Shown: in pieces, positions 14,669 to 24,152 of the stretch
Position numbering within the stretch: the first letter of the stretch is position 1
How the letters are laid out: every line of letters starts with the position of its first letter
Made by a program: the position numbers and the translations under genes
Notes under the pieces: model-generated
What the model was told of the DNA's origin: nothing
Databases searched by the model: none
The model's input: only the letters and a program-made list of their open reading frames with translations
IMG/VR virus record: IMGVR_UViG_3300026026_000012
Coordinates: 1-31,231 of that record
Source of the DNA: a virus
Taxonomy: Duplodnaviria > Caudoviricetes
DNA: 31,231 nt
Strand: one strand, 5' to 3'

Positions 14669-15838
14669 ATGCGCTGCTCCGTCCGCGACCTGACGACGCT
14701 CTCGAAGCGCGAGATCACCCCGCGGGGCTACCTGTCCGCGCCGGCGGTGATCGGCCGCTGTGGCGTGCAGGTCTACGGGCGGAGCGAGCTAGGCCTTGAC
14801 GGCGATCCGCAGGCGCCCGTGCGGCTCATGCGGCTGCCAGAGGAAGTGTTCCGGCCCGAGACGGTGGCCAGCTTCGAGAACGTGCCGATCACCGACGACC
14901 ATCCCGACCGCGGAGTGGACGCCAGCAACTGGCGCGACCTGGCCAAGGGCGAGGTGAGGGACATAGGCAAGCATGATGGGAACCTGCTCGGCGGTGTGGC
15001 GCTCGTGAAGGACGGCGGGCTGGTCGCGAAGGTCGTCGGCGGGAAAGCCGCACTCTCGTGTGGCTACAGCTTCGACCTCGACCTCACGCCAGGGATGGGG
15101 CCAGACGGCCAACCATTCGACGGCTACCAGAGAAACATTCTCGGCGACCACGTTGCGATCGTGGACTCGCCCAGGGGCGGCCCCATCTGCCGCATCAGCG
15201 ACACGGAACAGAAAGGAAAGACCACCATGGCAATGAGGAAACTAGCAGTGGATGGGCTGCCGCGGTTCGAGATCGACGAGCTTGCGGCCGAGTCCATCGA
15301 GAAGGAATTCGCGAAGGTCACGAAGGACCGGGACAAGGTGATCGAGGACTTCGACACCTACGCCGACGAGGCCAAGGCGAAGCTGAAGGCGGCCGACGCG
15401 AAGGCGGCCGACGCCGCGTCCAAGCTGGCGGCGAAGGACACCGAGATCGCCGACCTGAAGGCCAAGCTGACCAAGGCGCAGTCAATCGACGTCGACGCAC
15501 TCGTTGCCGAGCGGGCTCAGGTTGTCGCCGACGCGAAGAAGCTGGCCCCCTCGCTTGAGGCCAAGGGCAGTAGCCACCAGCTACGGCTGGCCGCCATCGC
15601 AGTCGCGTGCGCCGACGAGACGAACAAGAAGGTCGCCGACGCCATCCTCGGCTCCGACCACGGCAAGGCCACCGAGGCGCAGGTCAAGGGCGCCTTCGAG
15701 GTCCTGCTGTCCCTCCCGAAGCAAGCGGCCCTTGCCGCCCAGGACGAGGCCCTGCGCGGTCTCGTCGCGGGCGACTCCAACACCATCACTGGCCCCATCG
15801 AGCGCATCGGTGGCGGCGACGCTTTCAAGTCCGAGTAA
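14669..15838 (+). CDS. DUF2213 prohead protease / scaffold fusion
   Basis: TPRGYL...IGRCGVQVY, PITDDHP, LSCGY, DHVAIV...RGG, followed by an Ala/Lys coiled coil. Confidence 0.9.
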   Translation: MRCSVRDLTTLSKREITPRGYLSAPAVIGRCGVQVYGRSELGLDGDPQAPVRLMRLPEEVFRPETVASFENVPITDDHPDRGVDASNWRDLAKGEVRDIGKHDGNLLGGVALVKDGGLVAKVVGGKAALSCGYSFDLDLTPGMGPDGQPFDGYQRNILGDHVAIVDSPRGGPICRISDTEQKGKTTMAMRKLAVDGLPRFEIDELAAESIEKEFAKVTKDRDKVIEDFDTYADEAKAKLKAADAKAADAASKLAAKDTEIADLKAKLTKAQSIDVDALVAERAQVVADAKKLAPSLEAKGSSHQLRLAAIAVACADETNKKVADAILGSDHGKATEAQVKGAFEVLLSLPKQAALAAQDEALRGLVAGDSNTITGPIERIGGGDAFKSE

Positions 15839-15860
15839 CCGAGGACGAAAGGAAATCACC

Positions 15861-16421
15861 ATGGCATCTCTGCTCAATACCACAGGCGGGTACGTTCTCG
15901 ATCTCGGCCTGGCCGGCGCGGAAGCGACCGGTTCCATCAGCGAGAAGGACACCTTCATCAACGAAGCGACCACCAACGGCATCGACAGCGCCGGCACCAT
16001 CGACTACGGCGTGATCGTCGCCAAGGGCACCGAGGACAAGGGCGTGGTCCCATTGACGGCCAGCAACGGAAGCCAGCGCGTCCAGGGTCTCACGACCCGC
16101 GTCGCTCTGCAGTCCGCATCGCTCCCCGGGAATGTCGTCGGCTACAAGACCGGCGCGGCGGTACCGGTGGCTCGCCTGGGTGACTACGTCGTATATGCGG
16201 CCGAGGCCGTGCGAGAAGGCGACGAGGTGATCGCGCTCGCGACCACCGTCACCATCAGCACCGGCATCACGACAAACGTCGGCGGCGCCAAGGGCGGCGT
16301 CGCGAACGGGACCACGCGGCTCGCGTGCGTCGGGATGAAGTGGAAGACCACCACGGCCGCGCAGGCCAAGGGGATCGTGTCCGTGTATAGCCGCGACCTC
16401 GGCACGGTGCTGACCTCGTAA
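15861..16421 (+). CDS. Head decoration / cement protein
   Basis: Between protease and MCP; beta-rich IDYGVIVAKG; GAAAGGA SD. Confidence 0.75.
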   Translation: MASLLNTTGGYVLDLGLAGAEATGSISEKDTFINEATTNGIDSAGTIDYGVIVAKGTEDKGVVPLTASNGSQRVQGLTTRVALQSASLPGNVVGYKTGAAVPVARLGDYVVYAAEAVREGDEVIALATTVTISTGITTNVGGAKGGVANGTTRLACVGMKWKTTTAAQAKGIVSVYSRDLGTVLTS

Positions 16422-16449
16422 CGGCCGCTGAAGGAAAGGACGAATCACC

Positions 16450-17667
16450 ATGTTGCTCCAAAAGCTCCAAATCAAAGACAAGCAGGGCGGCGTTCACGAG
16501 TGCCGACGGATCACAGTTCCTGACAAGTTCGGGAACAAGAAGACCGTCGAGCTGCTCGACCAGTACGCTCACAGGTACGACCAGATCGACGTTGCCCTCA
16601 AAGCGATGCAGGCGACGTTCATGGTCGACCACTCGCAGGCGTTCGACAGTACCGATCCGCTTGCGTGGAACGTCTCGCAGTTGGCCTACACCGAAGCGCA
16701 GGTGCTGGCCCGCGCCCGCGTGCCCGCGACCATCTACCAGGAGATGGTCCCCGTCTCGTACGAGGCCCCGGCCTGGGCCGAGACGGTGGAAGCGTGGGAG
16801 TCGGACGAGACCGGCATTGGAGACATCGTGTCTCCGGTCGGCACCGACATGCCGTTGGCTGACGCGAAGTTCGGGCGTCGCCTCATCGATGTCAAGGGCG
16901 GCAAGATCGGCTATCACTACGACGTGCAGGAGCTGATCGCCTCCGCTCAGCTCAAGCGCCCGCTCTCCGAGGTCCGCATGCAGGCCGCGATGAACGGCTG
17001 GCAGCGCCATATGCAGGTCATCGCCCTTCGCGGCGACACGACCAAGGGCATCTACGGGTTCTGGAACCAGCCCAACACGGTTATCACGCCGGTCATCGCA
17101 CCTACGGGCAGCTGGGACAGCGCCAGCACCTCGCCGCTGTCCATCCTCGGCGACCTGAACAAGGCCATCGCCGCGGTCTACGAGAACAGCGGAACGACCG
17201 AGGTCGTGACCGACATCGCGATGCCCGTCAAGGCGCTCAACGCTCTGGCGACGCGCGTGCTTGCCGCCACCTCGGGAGGCGTGACGGTCCCGGTGGGGAC
17301 CACCCTCCTGGACTTCCTCAAGGAGCACAACCTGAGCAAGACCCTGCGAGGCGTGGAGATCAAGTTCCACGGCATCCCGGTCGACCCTGACAGCTCGGCG
17401 GCCGGCTCCTCGCTCGACTACGCAGGCGTCCTCAAGCACGACGGCAGCGCGATCGGCGCCACGCCCTCGAGCCGCGTGGTCTACTGGGTGAGGAAGCCCG
17501 AGCGCTTGGTCATGCACCAGCCGCTGACCCTGACGTTCCTCGCCCCGCAGCCGCGCGGCACCGACGTCATCGTGCCGGGCCGCTACCGCTTCACACCGGT
17601 GGATGTCCGCTACCCCAAGATGATGTACTACCAGGACTGCGTCCTGACCGCGGATCCGCAGTCGTAA
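16450..17667 (+). CDS. Major capsid protein (DUF2184-like, HK97 fold)
   Basis: Position; SQLAYTE, IGYHYDVQEL, GDTTKGIYGFWNQPN, VDVRYP. Confidence 0.9.
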   Translation: MLLQKLQIKDKQGGVHECRRITVPDKFGNKKTVELLDQYAHRYDQIDVALKAMQATFMVDHSQAFDSTDPLAWNVSQLAYTEAQVLARARVPATIYQEMVPVSYEAPAWAETVEAWESDETGIGDIVSPVGTDMPLADAKFGRRLIDVKGGKIGYHYDVQELIASAQLKRPLSEVRMQAAMNGWQRHMQVIALRGDTTKGIYGFWNQPNTVITPVIAPTGSWDSASTSPLSILGDLNKAIAAVYENSGTTEVVTDIAMPVKALNALATRVLAATSGGVTVPVGTTLLDFLKEHNLSKTLRGVEIKFHGIPVDPDSSAAGSSLDYAGVLKHDGSAIGATPSSRVVYWVRKPERLVMHQPLTLTFLAPQPRGTDVIVPGRYRFTPVDVRYPKMMYYQDCVLTADPQS

Positions 17668-17676
17668 CGGAGCACC

Positions 17677-18096
17677 GTGACGCCCTCCGAGTTCAAGGCA
17701 CTCTTCCCCGAGTTCGTGGCCGAAACCAGCGAGCGCGTGCAGGCCATCATTGACCTGTCCGCGCCGTGGTTCGACGTGGACCGGTGGGGAGGCTGGTATT
17801 CGGAGGGCGTTGGGAACTGGGTTGCCCACAGCATCTCGGTTGCCAACGCCAGAGCGGCGCGGAGCACGTCGACGATTGACAAAGGGGCCACGACCGAGAA
17901 GCACGTGGGCCCCGTGGGGACGTCGTTCAACGGTGAGATCATCATGCGACAGGCGGAAGACACGTTCATGCTGACCGACTACGGCCGGCGGTATTGCGAG
18001 CTCCGCGCAATGGTCGGACTCGGCGGGGTAGCGGCGGCGAGCGACATGCTCGCAGCGTCCAGCGCAGCCTTCGTCAACTGGGTGGGGATCCCATGA
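17677..18096 (+). CDS. Head-tail adaptor (DUF4054-like)
   Basis: FKALFPEF, WVAH, TDYGRRY. Confidence 0.85.
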   Translation: MTPSEFKALFPEFVAETSERVQAIIDLSAPWFDVDRWGGWYSEGVGNWVAHSISVANARAARSTSTIDKGATTEKHVGPVGTSFNGEIIMRQAEDTFMLTDYGRRYCELRAMVGLGGVAAASDMLAASSAAFVNWVGIP

Positions 18097-18266
18097 AGCG
18101 CGGGCGGAAGAAAGAACTGCAGCGGATGCACCCGGCGACAGCGGTAGAGCCTCCCGCGCGCGAACCCACGCCCGTGACAGTCGCCGATCGCGAGTGGACA
18201 TTGACCACCGTCGAGATCGCCACCGACGCCGCACAGGTAGACATCGTGACCATGGGGGAGTCGTGA
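18093..18266 (+). CDS. Small hypothetical protein (57 aa)
   Basis: ATGA and GTGA overlaps with both neighbours. Confidence 0.55.
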   Translation: MKRGRKKELQRMHPATAVEPPAREPTPVTVADREWTLTTVEIATDAAQVDIVTMGES

Positions 18267-18748
18267 GCGCCGTAGTCCACGGTGGCGACATGCCGGGCAT
18301 TCGGCGTCTCGCGAAGATCATCGAGGAAGCGAACCGATCCGTCGTCGTCGGAGTCCCAGAGGGAAAGGCGGAGGCAGACGGCACACCACTGGCCATGATC
18401 GCGGCGGTGCACGAGTTCGGCTCTCCGGAACACAACATCCCAGAGAGGCCATTTATCCGCAACGGAATCGCGGCCGGGCGCCCCAAGTTTTCTCGGTTGA
18501 ATGCCGCCAACCTGCAGCTCATCTTGGCGGGACGAAAGACCGTGACGGACTCCCTCAACGAGCTAGGGGTGATGGCGGCAGGTGAGGTCAAGCGCGGCAT
18601 CACGACGTTGAAGTTCGCGCCGCTGAAGCCAGCCACCATCGCGCGCAAGGGCTCGTCGCGGCCCTTGGTCGACACCGGCCAGCTTCGACAGAGCGTCACA
18701 TACCAGCTCGAGGCCAATGGCGGCCAGACGTCGAAGGTGGTCGGCTGA
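18263..18748 (+). CDS. Neck / tail completion protein
   Basis: VVVGVP, IAAVHEFG, IPERPFIR, TIARKGSSRPLVDTGQL. Confidence 0.85.
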   Translation: MSAVVHGGDMPGIRRLAKIIEEANRSVVVGVPEGKAEADGTPLAMIAAVHEFGSPEHNIPERPFIRNGIAAGRPKFSRLNAANLQLILAGRKTVTDSLNELGVMAAGEVKRGITTLKFAPLKPATIARKGSSRPLVDTGQLRQSVTYQLEANGGQTSKVVG

Positions 18749-19119
18749 TGCGCATCAACGTTGCCGACCTGATGACCGATGCGGACCTCGGTGGCACCAC
18801 GTTCGCGCGTCGGCGCCCGACGTCGTCGTTGGCGTCCGAGGGGCAGGTCGTGGTCTCATACGCGAGCGCGAGCCTGGCCGGAATCGTCCAACCGGCTGCC
18901 ACGACCGACGCCAACCTACTGCCCGAGGGCGTGCGCATCTCGGACGTGCAGGCGTTTTTTACCGCTGGCGATGTGTCGGCGGGAGACGGCAAGAGCCAGT
19001 TGCCCGACGTGCTCCAGTATGGTGGCCAGACGTTCCGAGTGCTGCATGTGCAGGCATTCGACCAACACGGCATGCGGAAGGCGCTCGCCCAGCTTATCAC
19101 CGTCGGGAGCGTGGTCTGA
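18748..19119 (+). CDS. Head closure / head-tail joining protein
   Basis: Position; GIVQPA...LLPEGVR, PDVLQYGGQTFRV. Confidence 0.75.
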   Translation: MRINVADLMTDADLGGTTFARRRPTSSLASEGQVVVSYASASLAGIVQPAATTDANLLPEGVRISDVQAFFTAGDVSAGDGKSQLPDVLQYGGQTFRVLHVQAFDQHGMRKALAQLITVGSVV

Positions 19120-19862
19120 TGGCCGCCAGCTTCATCGACGCTGTTGGATACCTGGTTCGCTACCTCGTGCGCTCGGCCTGCGGGATGGCGGCCAATAGCG
19201 TGCGCCCGGCCAACCAGGCTTACCCCAAGGGGGACGAGGCTGCGGAGTTCGCGACCGTGCTGATTGAGAACGACCGTGGCGACATCTCGGGAGTCTCACG
19301 CCAGCTGGCCAACTACACCTATCCCGAGTGGGACGTCGCCACCCACTACACCGCTGGCGCCAGGGTGACCAAGTCATCGCTCGCCTACGTCTGCACGGTC
19401 ACCGTCACGGGCGGCACCGGGCCTGGCGTCGATACCGGTCACTGGGGCGCCACCACGCAATCAACCCAAGCGACGGAAACACTTTGGGTCTACCACGAGT
19501 TCTCGGCGTCGGTGCAGTTCTTCCGCCACGCTTCCCCGGTGGTCGACGGCGTCGGGATCGCGCAGCCTGGGCTCGGGGCGTTCGACCGCGCGGCTCGCCT
19601 GCAATCGCTGCTGATGCTGTCGACCAACATGGAGTTGATGGAGCGGTTCGGGCTGCAGCTGCTCGACGCCTCGCCGGCCCGCAACCTGTCGGCGCTCGTC
19701 GACGGAGCCACGTGGGAAGACCGTGGGTCTGTCGATCTGCACTTCGGCTGCTCGACGACTGAATCAGTCCTGCTCGACACCATCGCGTCCGCCAACATCG
19801 ACCTCTGGGCCCAGTGGCCCAGTGGCCAGATCGACCAACGAAACATCGAGGTGCCATCATGA
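19119..19862 (+). CDS. Tail terminator (neck terminator) with inserted CBM5/12-like module
   Basis: Directly precedes the sheath gene; VRPANQ, SVQFFR, RNLSAL...WEDRGSVDL. Confidence 0.72.
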   Translation: MAASFIDAVGYLVRYLVRSACGMAANSVRPANQAYPKGDEAAEFATVLIENDRGDISGVSRQLANYTYPEWDVATHYTAGARVTKSSLAYVCTVTVTGGTGPGVDTGHWGATTQSTQATETLWVYHEFSASVQFFRHASPVVDGVGIAQPGLGAFDRAARLQSLLMLSTNMELMERFGLQLLDASPARNLSALVDGATWEDRGSVDLHFGCSTTESVLLDTIASANIDLWAQWPSGQIDQRNIEVPS

Positions 19863-21337
19863 GTCTACTGCTGTCCGATCTCGTCTCCGTCTCCCTGCTG
19901 GTTTCCCCGATGCCGCCGGCCGCTCGCGACTTCGGGACGCTGTTCATCCTCGGCGACTCGGGCCGCATCCCGAGCGAGGAGCGAACGCGGACCTACAGCA
20001 GCCTGACCGGAGTGGCAGACGATTTTCAAAGCACCGACGAGGAGTACCTCGCGGCACAGGTATACTTCGGCCAGAGCCCCAAGCCGAAGTATCTCAAGCT
20101 GGGCGAGCATTTCGCGACGGGCGCGGCCGGGCACCTCAACACCGGCACGTGCAATACCGCCGCGCAGCTCGCGGCCATCAACGCCGTCACGTCAGGCGGG
20201 ATGGACATCAGCGTCGACGGGACTCTGATCAAGCTGCACGGCCTCAACTTCTCGACCGACGACACGTTCGCGAAGGTTGCGACTCGGCTGCAGACCGCCA
20301 TCGCGGCCGGCGTCGCGTCCACGACCTGCACCCACGACGGGACCAAGTTCATCATCACGAGTCCAACGCTCGTCACCGGTACCGTCACGGTCGGCAGTGC
20401 CCCGACTTACGACACGCCGCCAACGGCGATTCAAGCGCTCCTGTGCGCCACCGTCGCGACTGGCGCAGTCGTCTGCGCGCCGCTGGCCACCGAGACGATC
20501 ACGCAATCGCTTCAGGCCTGCTGGAATGCGGACCCGACCTTCTACGGCGTGGCGCTGTCGAGCGACCTGCAGGCCACTGCCCAGAACGTGAAGGACATGG
20601 GCGCGTGGGCGCAGGGGATGGGGCTCGCGGGATTCTACACCACGGCCGAGTCGACATGCCTCGCATACAACAACACGAGCAACCTGGGGTACTACTTTGA
20701 GAACCTGGGCTACGAGCACCTGGTTGGCACCTACTCGTCCGGCTACCCAAACGCGCATGTCAGCCTGGCGGCCCGCTACTTCGCCGTCGACTTCAATCAG
20801 CCGAACAGCACCATCACGGGCATGTTCAAGCAGCTGCCTGGCGTCGGGGCCGACACCCTGACCGAAACGAACAAGCTGCAGCTCGAAAGCTACAACCTCA
20901 ACTTCTACACCACGTTCGGCAGCTTCCTCATGCTAGCCAACGGGGTCACGGCCTCTGGCCGATACTTCGACGAGGTCATGGGGCTGGACTGGCTGCAGTC
21001 GACGGTGCAGACCAACGTCGTCTCAGAGCTGACGGGCGCCGTCTCCAAGATTCCACAGACGGATGGCGGAGTGGCCAAGCTGGTCAGCGCCATCACGCTT
21101 GCGCTCAAACAGGGCGTGACGAATGGTCTACTGGCCCCAGGCGTGTGGAACGGAGATGCGCTCGGCGAGAAGTCCACGGGCGCGTTCCTGGCTGACGGCT
21201 TCTACGTCTACGCCCAGCCGGTGGCGCAGCAAAGCTCGGTCGCGCGCGCTGCTCGCCAGGCTCCAGCCATCACGGCGATCTGCATCGGTGCCGGCGCCAT
21301 CCAGGGCTGCGCCATCACGGTCAACTTCCAGCGGTAA
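19859..21337 (+). CDS. Tail sheath protein (DUF3383-like)
   Basis: DFGTLFILG, EYLAAQVYFGQSPKP, FKQLPGV, YFDEVMGLDWLQ, KIPQTDGG, AGAIQ. Confidence 0.93.
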   Translation: MSLLLSDLVSVSLLVSPMPPAARDFGTLFILGDSGRIPSEERTRTYSSLTGVADDFQSTDEEYLAAQVYFGQSPKPKYLKLGEHFATGAAGHLNTGTCNTAAQLAAINAVTSGGMDISVDGTLIKLHGLNFSTDDTFAKVATRLQTAIAAGVASTTCTHDGTKFIITSPTLVTGTVTVGSAPTYDTPPTAIQALLCATVATGAVVCAPLATETITQSLQACWNADPTFYGVALSSDLQATAQNVKDMGAWAQGMGLAGFYTTAESTCLAYNNTSNLGYYFENLGYEHLVGTYSSGYPNAHVSLAARYFAVDFNQPNSTITGMFKQLPGVGADTLTETNKLQLESYNLNFYTTFGSFLMLANGVTASGRYFDEVMGLDWLQSTVQTNVVSELTGAVSKIPQTDGGVAKLVSAITLALKQGVTNGLLAPGVWNGDALGEKSTGAFLADGFYVYAQPVAQQSSVARAARQAPAITAICIGAGAIQGCAITVNFQR

Positions 21338-21348
21338 GGAGTCACCAC

Positions 21349-21840
21349 ATGTCCATGCGTGCATACAGCATCCTCGAAAATCACCTCATCGTCTCGGCGT
21401 CGGGCTACGCCAGCTTCGAGATCGATGGGTGGGGCGAAGGCGACGACGTGTTGACGGTCAAGCGCTCAGCCGATCTCGCGACCCACAAGATGGGGGCGGA
21501 CGGAAATATGGTGTTGTCGCTGAACCCAGACCGCAGCGGAGAGATCACCATCAAGCTGCAGCAGACTTCGAGCGCGAACAAGAAGCTGCTCGAGCTGGCC
21601 AGCACCGCCATCAGCGCCAATACGTGGGTGCCCGTGATGTTGCTCTGGCAGGATAGCTACCGCCAGGACAGCGCCGCTGGATCCCCGGGCTACATCAAGA
21701 GCTTCCCCGAGGTCAAGCGCGGGCGAGAGGCCAACGAGCAGGAATGGACCATCATCGTGGCCAACCTGCAGCTGCTGCTCGGCGATCCGGTCGCGGTCGC
21801 GGGCACCCCACAGTCGGCCATGCGGGCGCTGGGAGGGTAA
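21349..21840 (+). CDS. Tail tube protein (DUF3277-like)
   Basis: Follows the sheath gene; GADG...SGEITIKLQQTS. Confidence 0.87.
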   Translation: MSMRAYSILENHLIVSASGYASFEIDGWGEGDDVLTVKRSADLATHKMGADGNMVLSLNPDRSGEITIKLQQTSSANKKLLELASTAISANTWVPVMLLWQDSYRQDSAAGSPGYIKSFPEVKRGREANEQEWTIIVANLQLLLGDPVAVAGTPQSAMRALGG

Positions 21841-21843
21841 TTG

Positions 21844-22269
21844 ATGGCGTCTGCAGTGCTCAAGACGATCGGTGGACGAACATTCTCGTTCACCAAGTTG
21901 GCGGCCGTGAATGGCATCAAGCTCCAGCTTGCGATTGCCAAGCTGGCGGGCTCGGAGCTGGCAGAACTCGCCGGTATCTCCGGCAAGCCCGGCCTGGACC
22001 AAGCCGCCATGCTGGGAGAGCTTGGCGAGATCATAGAGCGCATTGCCGGCAAGGCCAGCCCAGACGAGGTGCTGGACCTCATGCGGCTGGTATTCTCGCG
22101 AATCATCTGCGACGGCAAGCCGATCGTCGACATCGACCTCACGTTTGGAGACGATTCGCTGTTGCCCTGGCAGGTTTTTGTGGAAGGGTTGAAGGTGAAC
22201 CTCGGCGATTTTTTAGCCGTCGCTCGCTCGACTGGAAGCCAACCCGCAATCCCGACGACAAATCCATAA
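21844..22269 (+). CDS. Tail assembly chaperone (gpG-like)
   Basis: Between tube and TMP; LKVNLGDFL at the slippery site. Confidence 0.82.
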   Translation: MASAVLKTIGGRTFSFTKLAAVNGIKLQLAIAKLAGSELAELAGISGKPGLDQAAMLGELGEIIERIAGKASPDEVLDLMRLVFSRIICDGKPIVDIDLTFGDDSLLPWQVFVEGLKVNLGDFLAVARSTGSQPAIPTTNP

Positions 22270-22475
22270 CGCCCGCCCAGCCCGCCAACCTGGACTGGAG
22301 AATCTGGAGACCGATCATGCGCAACCCGCCGCTCTGCCAGCTCTGGGAGCTCCAAGATGGCGGGCGTTACACGCTCGACGACCTGATGGACATGCATGAG
22401 GCCATGGACGTCGAGGAGGAAAACGAGCGGCGCGCGCAAGCGGCGGCAAAAGCGGCGGCAAGGGAGCACAACTAG
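22209..22475 (+). CDS. Tail chaperone -1 frameshift extension (gpGT-like)
   Basis: T TTT TTA at 22209-22215; the -1 frame gives WRIWRP...ELQDGGRYTLDDLMDMHEAMD and stops at 22475, abutting the TMP start. Confidence 0.8.
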   Translation, partial: FFSRRSLDWKPTRNPDDKSITPAQPANLDWRIWRPIMRNPPLCQLWELQDGGRYTLDDLMDMHEAMDVEEENERRAQAAAKAAAREHN

Positions 22476-24152
22476 ATGTCGATTCTCGACTCACTCTGGG
22501 TGAGGCTCGGCTTTCAGGTCGACGGGAAGGACCTCGAGAAGTTCGAGAGTCTCGCCGACAAGGCAAAGCACACCATGCTGGGGCTCGGGGCCTCCATATC
22601 GGGGGCCGCCATTGGGCTCGGGCTGATGGTCGAGAAGACGGCCGAGAAGATGGGCGGCGTCCAGGCGTTCGCCGAGCAGATCGGCATCACGGCTCGCGAG
22701 GTCGAGGCGCTTGGCAAGGTGGCGTCGGAGAATCACTCGTCCCTTGAGGCCATGGAGAGCGGTATCCAGTCGCTTACGTCCATGACGGGACAGGCGGCTG
22801 CCGGCGTCGGGCGCGGCGCCATGTTTTTCAAGAAGTGGCACCTATCTGCCAAGAACGCCGACGGCAGCACGAAGAATTTCAACGAAATCCTCGGGGACGT
22901 CGTCGACAAGATGTCCTCGCTGGATCGCTCGAAGCGGATCGCGCTTGGACAGCGGCTCGGCTTCGACATGGCAACGATCCAGCTCATGTCGAAGGGGCGA
23001 GAGAACTTCGAGAAATTGCGACGGGCGGCACTCGCCGGCAACCCGCTGACCAACGAGAATTACGAGCTGGCGGAGAAGACCGAGAAGCTGTTCCGCAAGG
23101 CCCACAGCTCGACCGCGCTGCTGACCAAGCGGCTCGCAGTTGCCCTCATGCCGACGGTCAACCGCATGCTCGACACGTTCATCAAATGGACCAAGAGCGA
23201 GTCAAACGTGAGGAGGCTGTCGAGCGCGGTCGAGACGGCCGGCCGGGCGATCGAGTTCGTTTGGAAGAACCTCGGCAAGGTCGTGGCGATGGTCGGCGTC
23301 TTCATGACCTACAAGCTCGGAATTTACGTAGGGGACCTGGCCGGCAAGATTGCCTCAGCCGCCAAGGCGATGGGGTCGCTAACGGCGGCCGGCGGTCTCC
23401 TGCGCGGGCTACTGACCGGCGGACTGATCGGGCTGATCCTGCTCGTCGCCGAGGACCTGTGGACGTTCTATCACGGCGGCGAGTCGGTGACTGGCCTGCT
23501 GCTGACCAAGTTCCCCGACGCGGTCGAGGTCATGCAGGGCGCGCTCGTGGGGCTCGTGGCCGCCCTCGGCGCCATCCTGACCCGTAGCGGCCCATTCGGG
23601 CTTCTGCTCGTTGGTATTGGCGGCCTCATCATCGCAGCCAACGCCATTCGCGAGGCGTGGAACCCGCTGACCCAGTGGTGGCAAGAGTTCTGGGACGGGA
23701 TGTACAATTCGATCGCGAACTTCTGGAACAGCATCCCGAAGCCGATTCGTCGCGTGCTCGGCGGTGGACTGATGGGCGATTTCAGCGGCGACATGATGAG
23801 CCTGGACGTGCTCAAGACGGCTGAGCGACAGCGGCTGAAGCTCGCGCAGTTCGGCGGCGACAACTACACCCCGTACGACCCGAACGCGGCCGACAAGGTG
23901 TGGAGTTCGAAGAAGGGCGCTGGCCAGAGGACCGGCGGTCCGGGCGTGATTGGCCAAGGCGACGCGCTCGGGATCACGATGCCATGGGCGCCGTGGCTTC
24001 CCCGCGGCGGCAACTCGCCGACCGCGAACTCGGTCACGACCAACATCGCGCAGGCGACGATCGTCATCCCGAAAGAGATGGGGACCGAGGCTGGCGCGAA
24101 GGAGTTCTGGCGGCAGGTGACCCGCCTTGGTCATGGGGGCGTAGGTGGCTGA
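22476..24152 (+). CDS. Tape measure protein (558 aa)
   Basis: Position; LWVRLGFQVD N-terminus; Ala/Gly-rich helices and hydrophobic segments; EDLWTFYHGGES. Confidence 0.87.
   Translation: MSILDSLWVRLGFQVDGKDLEKFESLADKAKHTMLGLGASISGAAIGLGLMVEKTAEKMGGVQAFAEQIGITAREVEALGKVASENHSSLEAMESGIQSLTSMTGQAAAGVGRGAMFFKKWHLSAKNADGSTKNFNEILGDVVDKMSSLDRSKRIALGQRLGFDMATIQLMSKGRENFEKLRRAALAGNPLTNENYELAEKTEKLFRKAHSSTALLTKRLAVALMPTVNRMLDTFIKWTKSESNVRRLSSAVETAGRAIEFVWKNLGKVVAMVGVFMTYKLGIYVGDLAGKIASAAKAMGSLTAAGGLLRGLLTGGLIGLILLVAEDLWTFYHGGESVTGLLLTKFPDAVEVMQGALVGLVAALGAILTRSGPFGLLLVGIGGLIIAANAIREAWNPLTQWWQEFWDGMYNSIANFWNSIPKPIRRVLGGGLMGDFSGDMMSLDVLKTAERQRLKLAQFGGDNYTPYDPNAADKVWSSKKGAGQRTGGPGVIGQGDALGITMPWAPWLPRGGNSPTANSVTTNIAQATIVIPKEMGTEAGAKEFWRQVTRLGHGGVGG

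Noticed and set aside
16267-18717. 816-aa minus-strand ORF and other long antisense ORFs
   Set aside because: Shadow frames of GC-rich + strand structural genes; no motifs
19808-19829. GGCCCAGT tandem duplication
   Set aside because: About 2.5 copies of an 8-mer in coding sequence; no evidence of function
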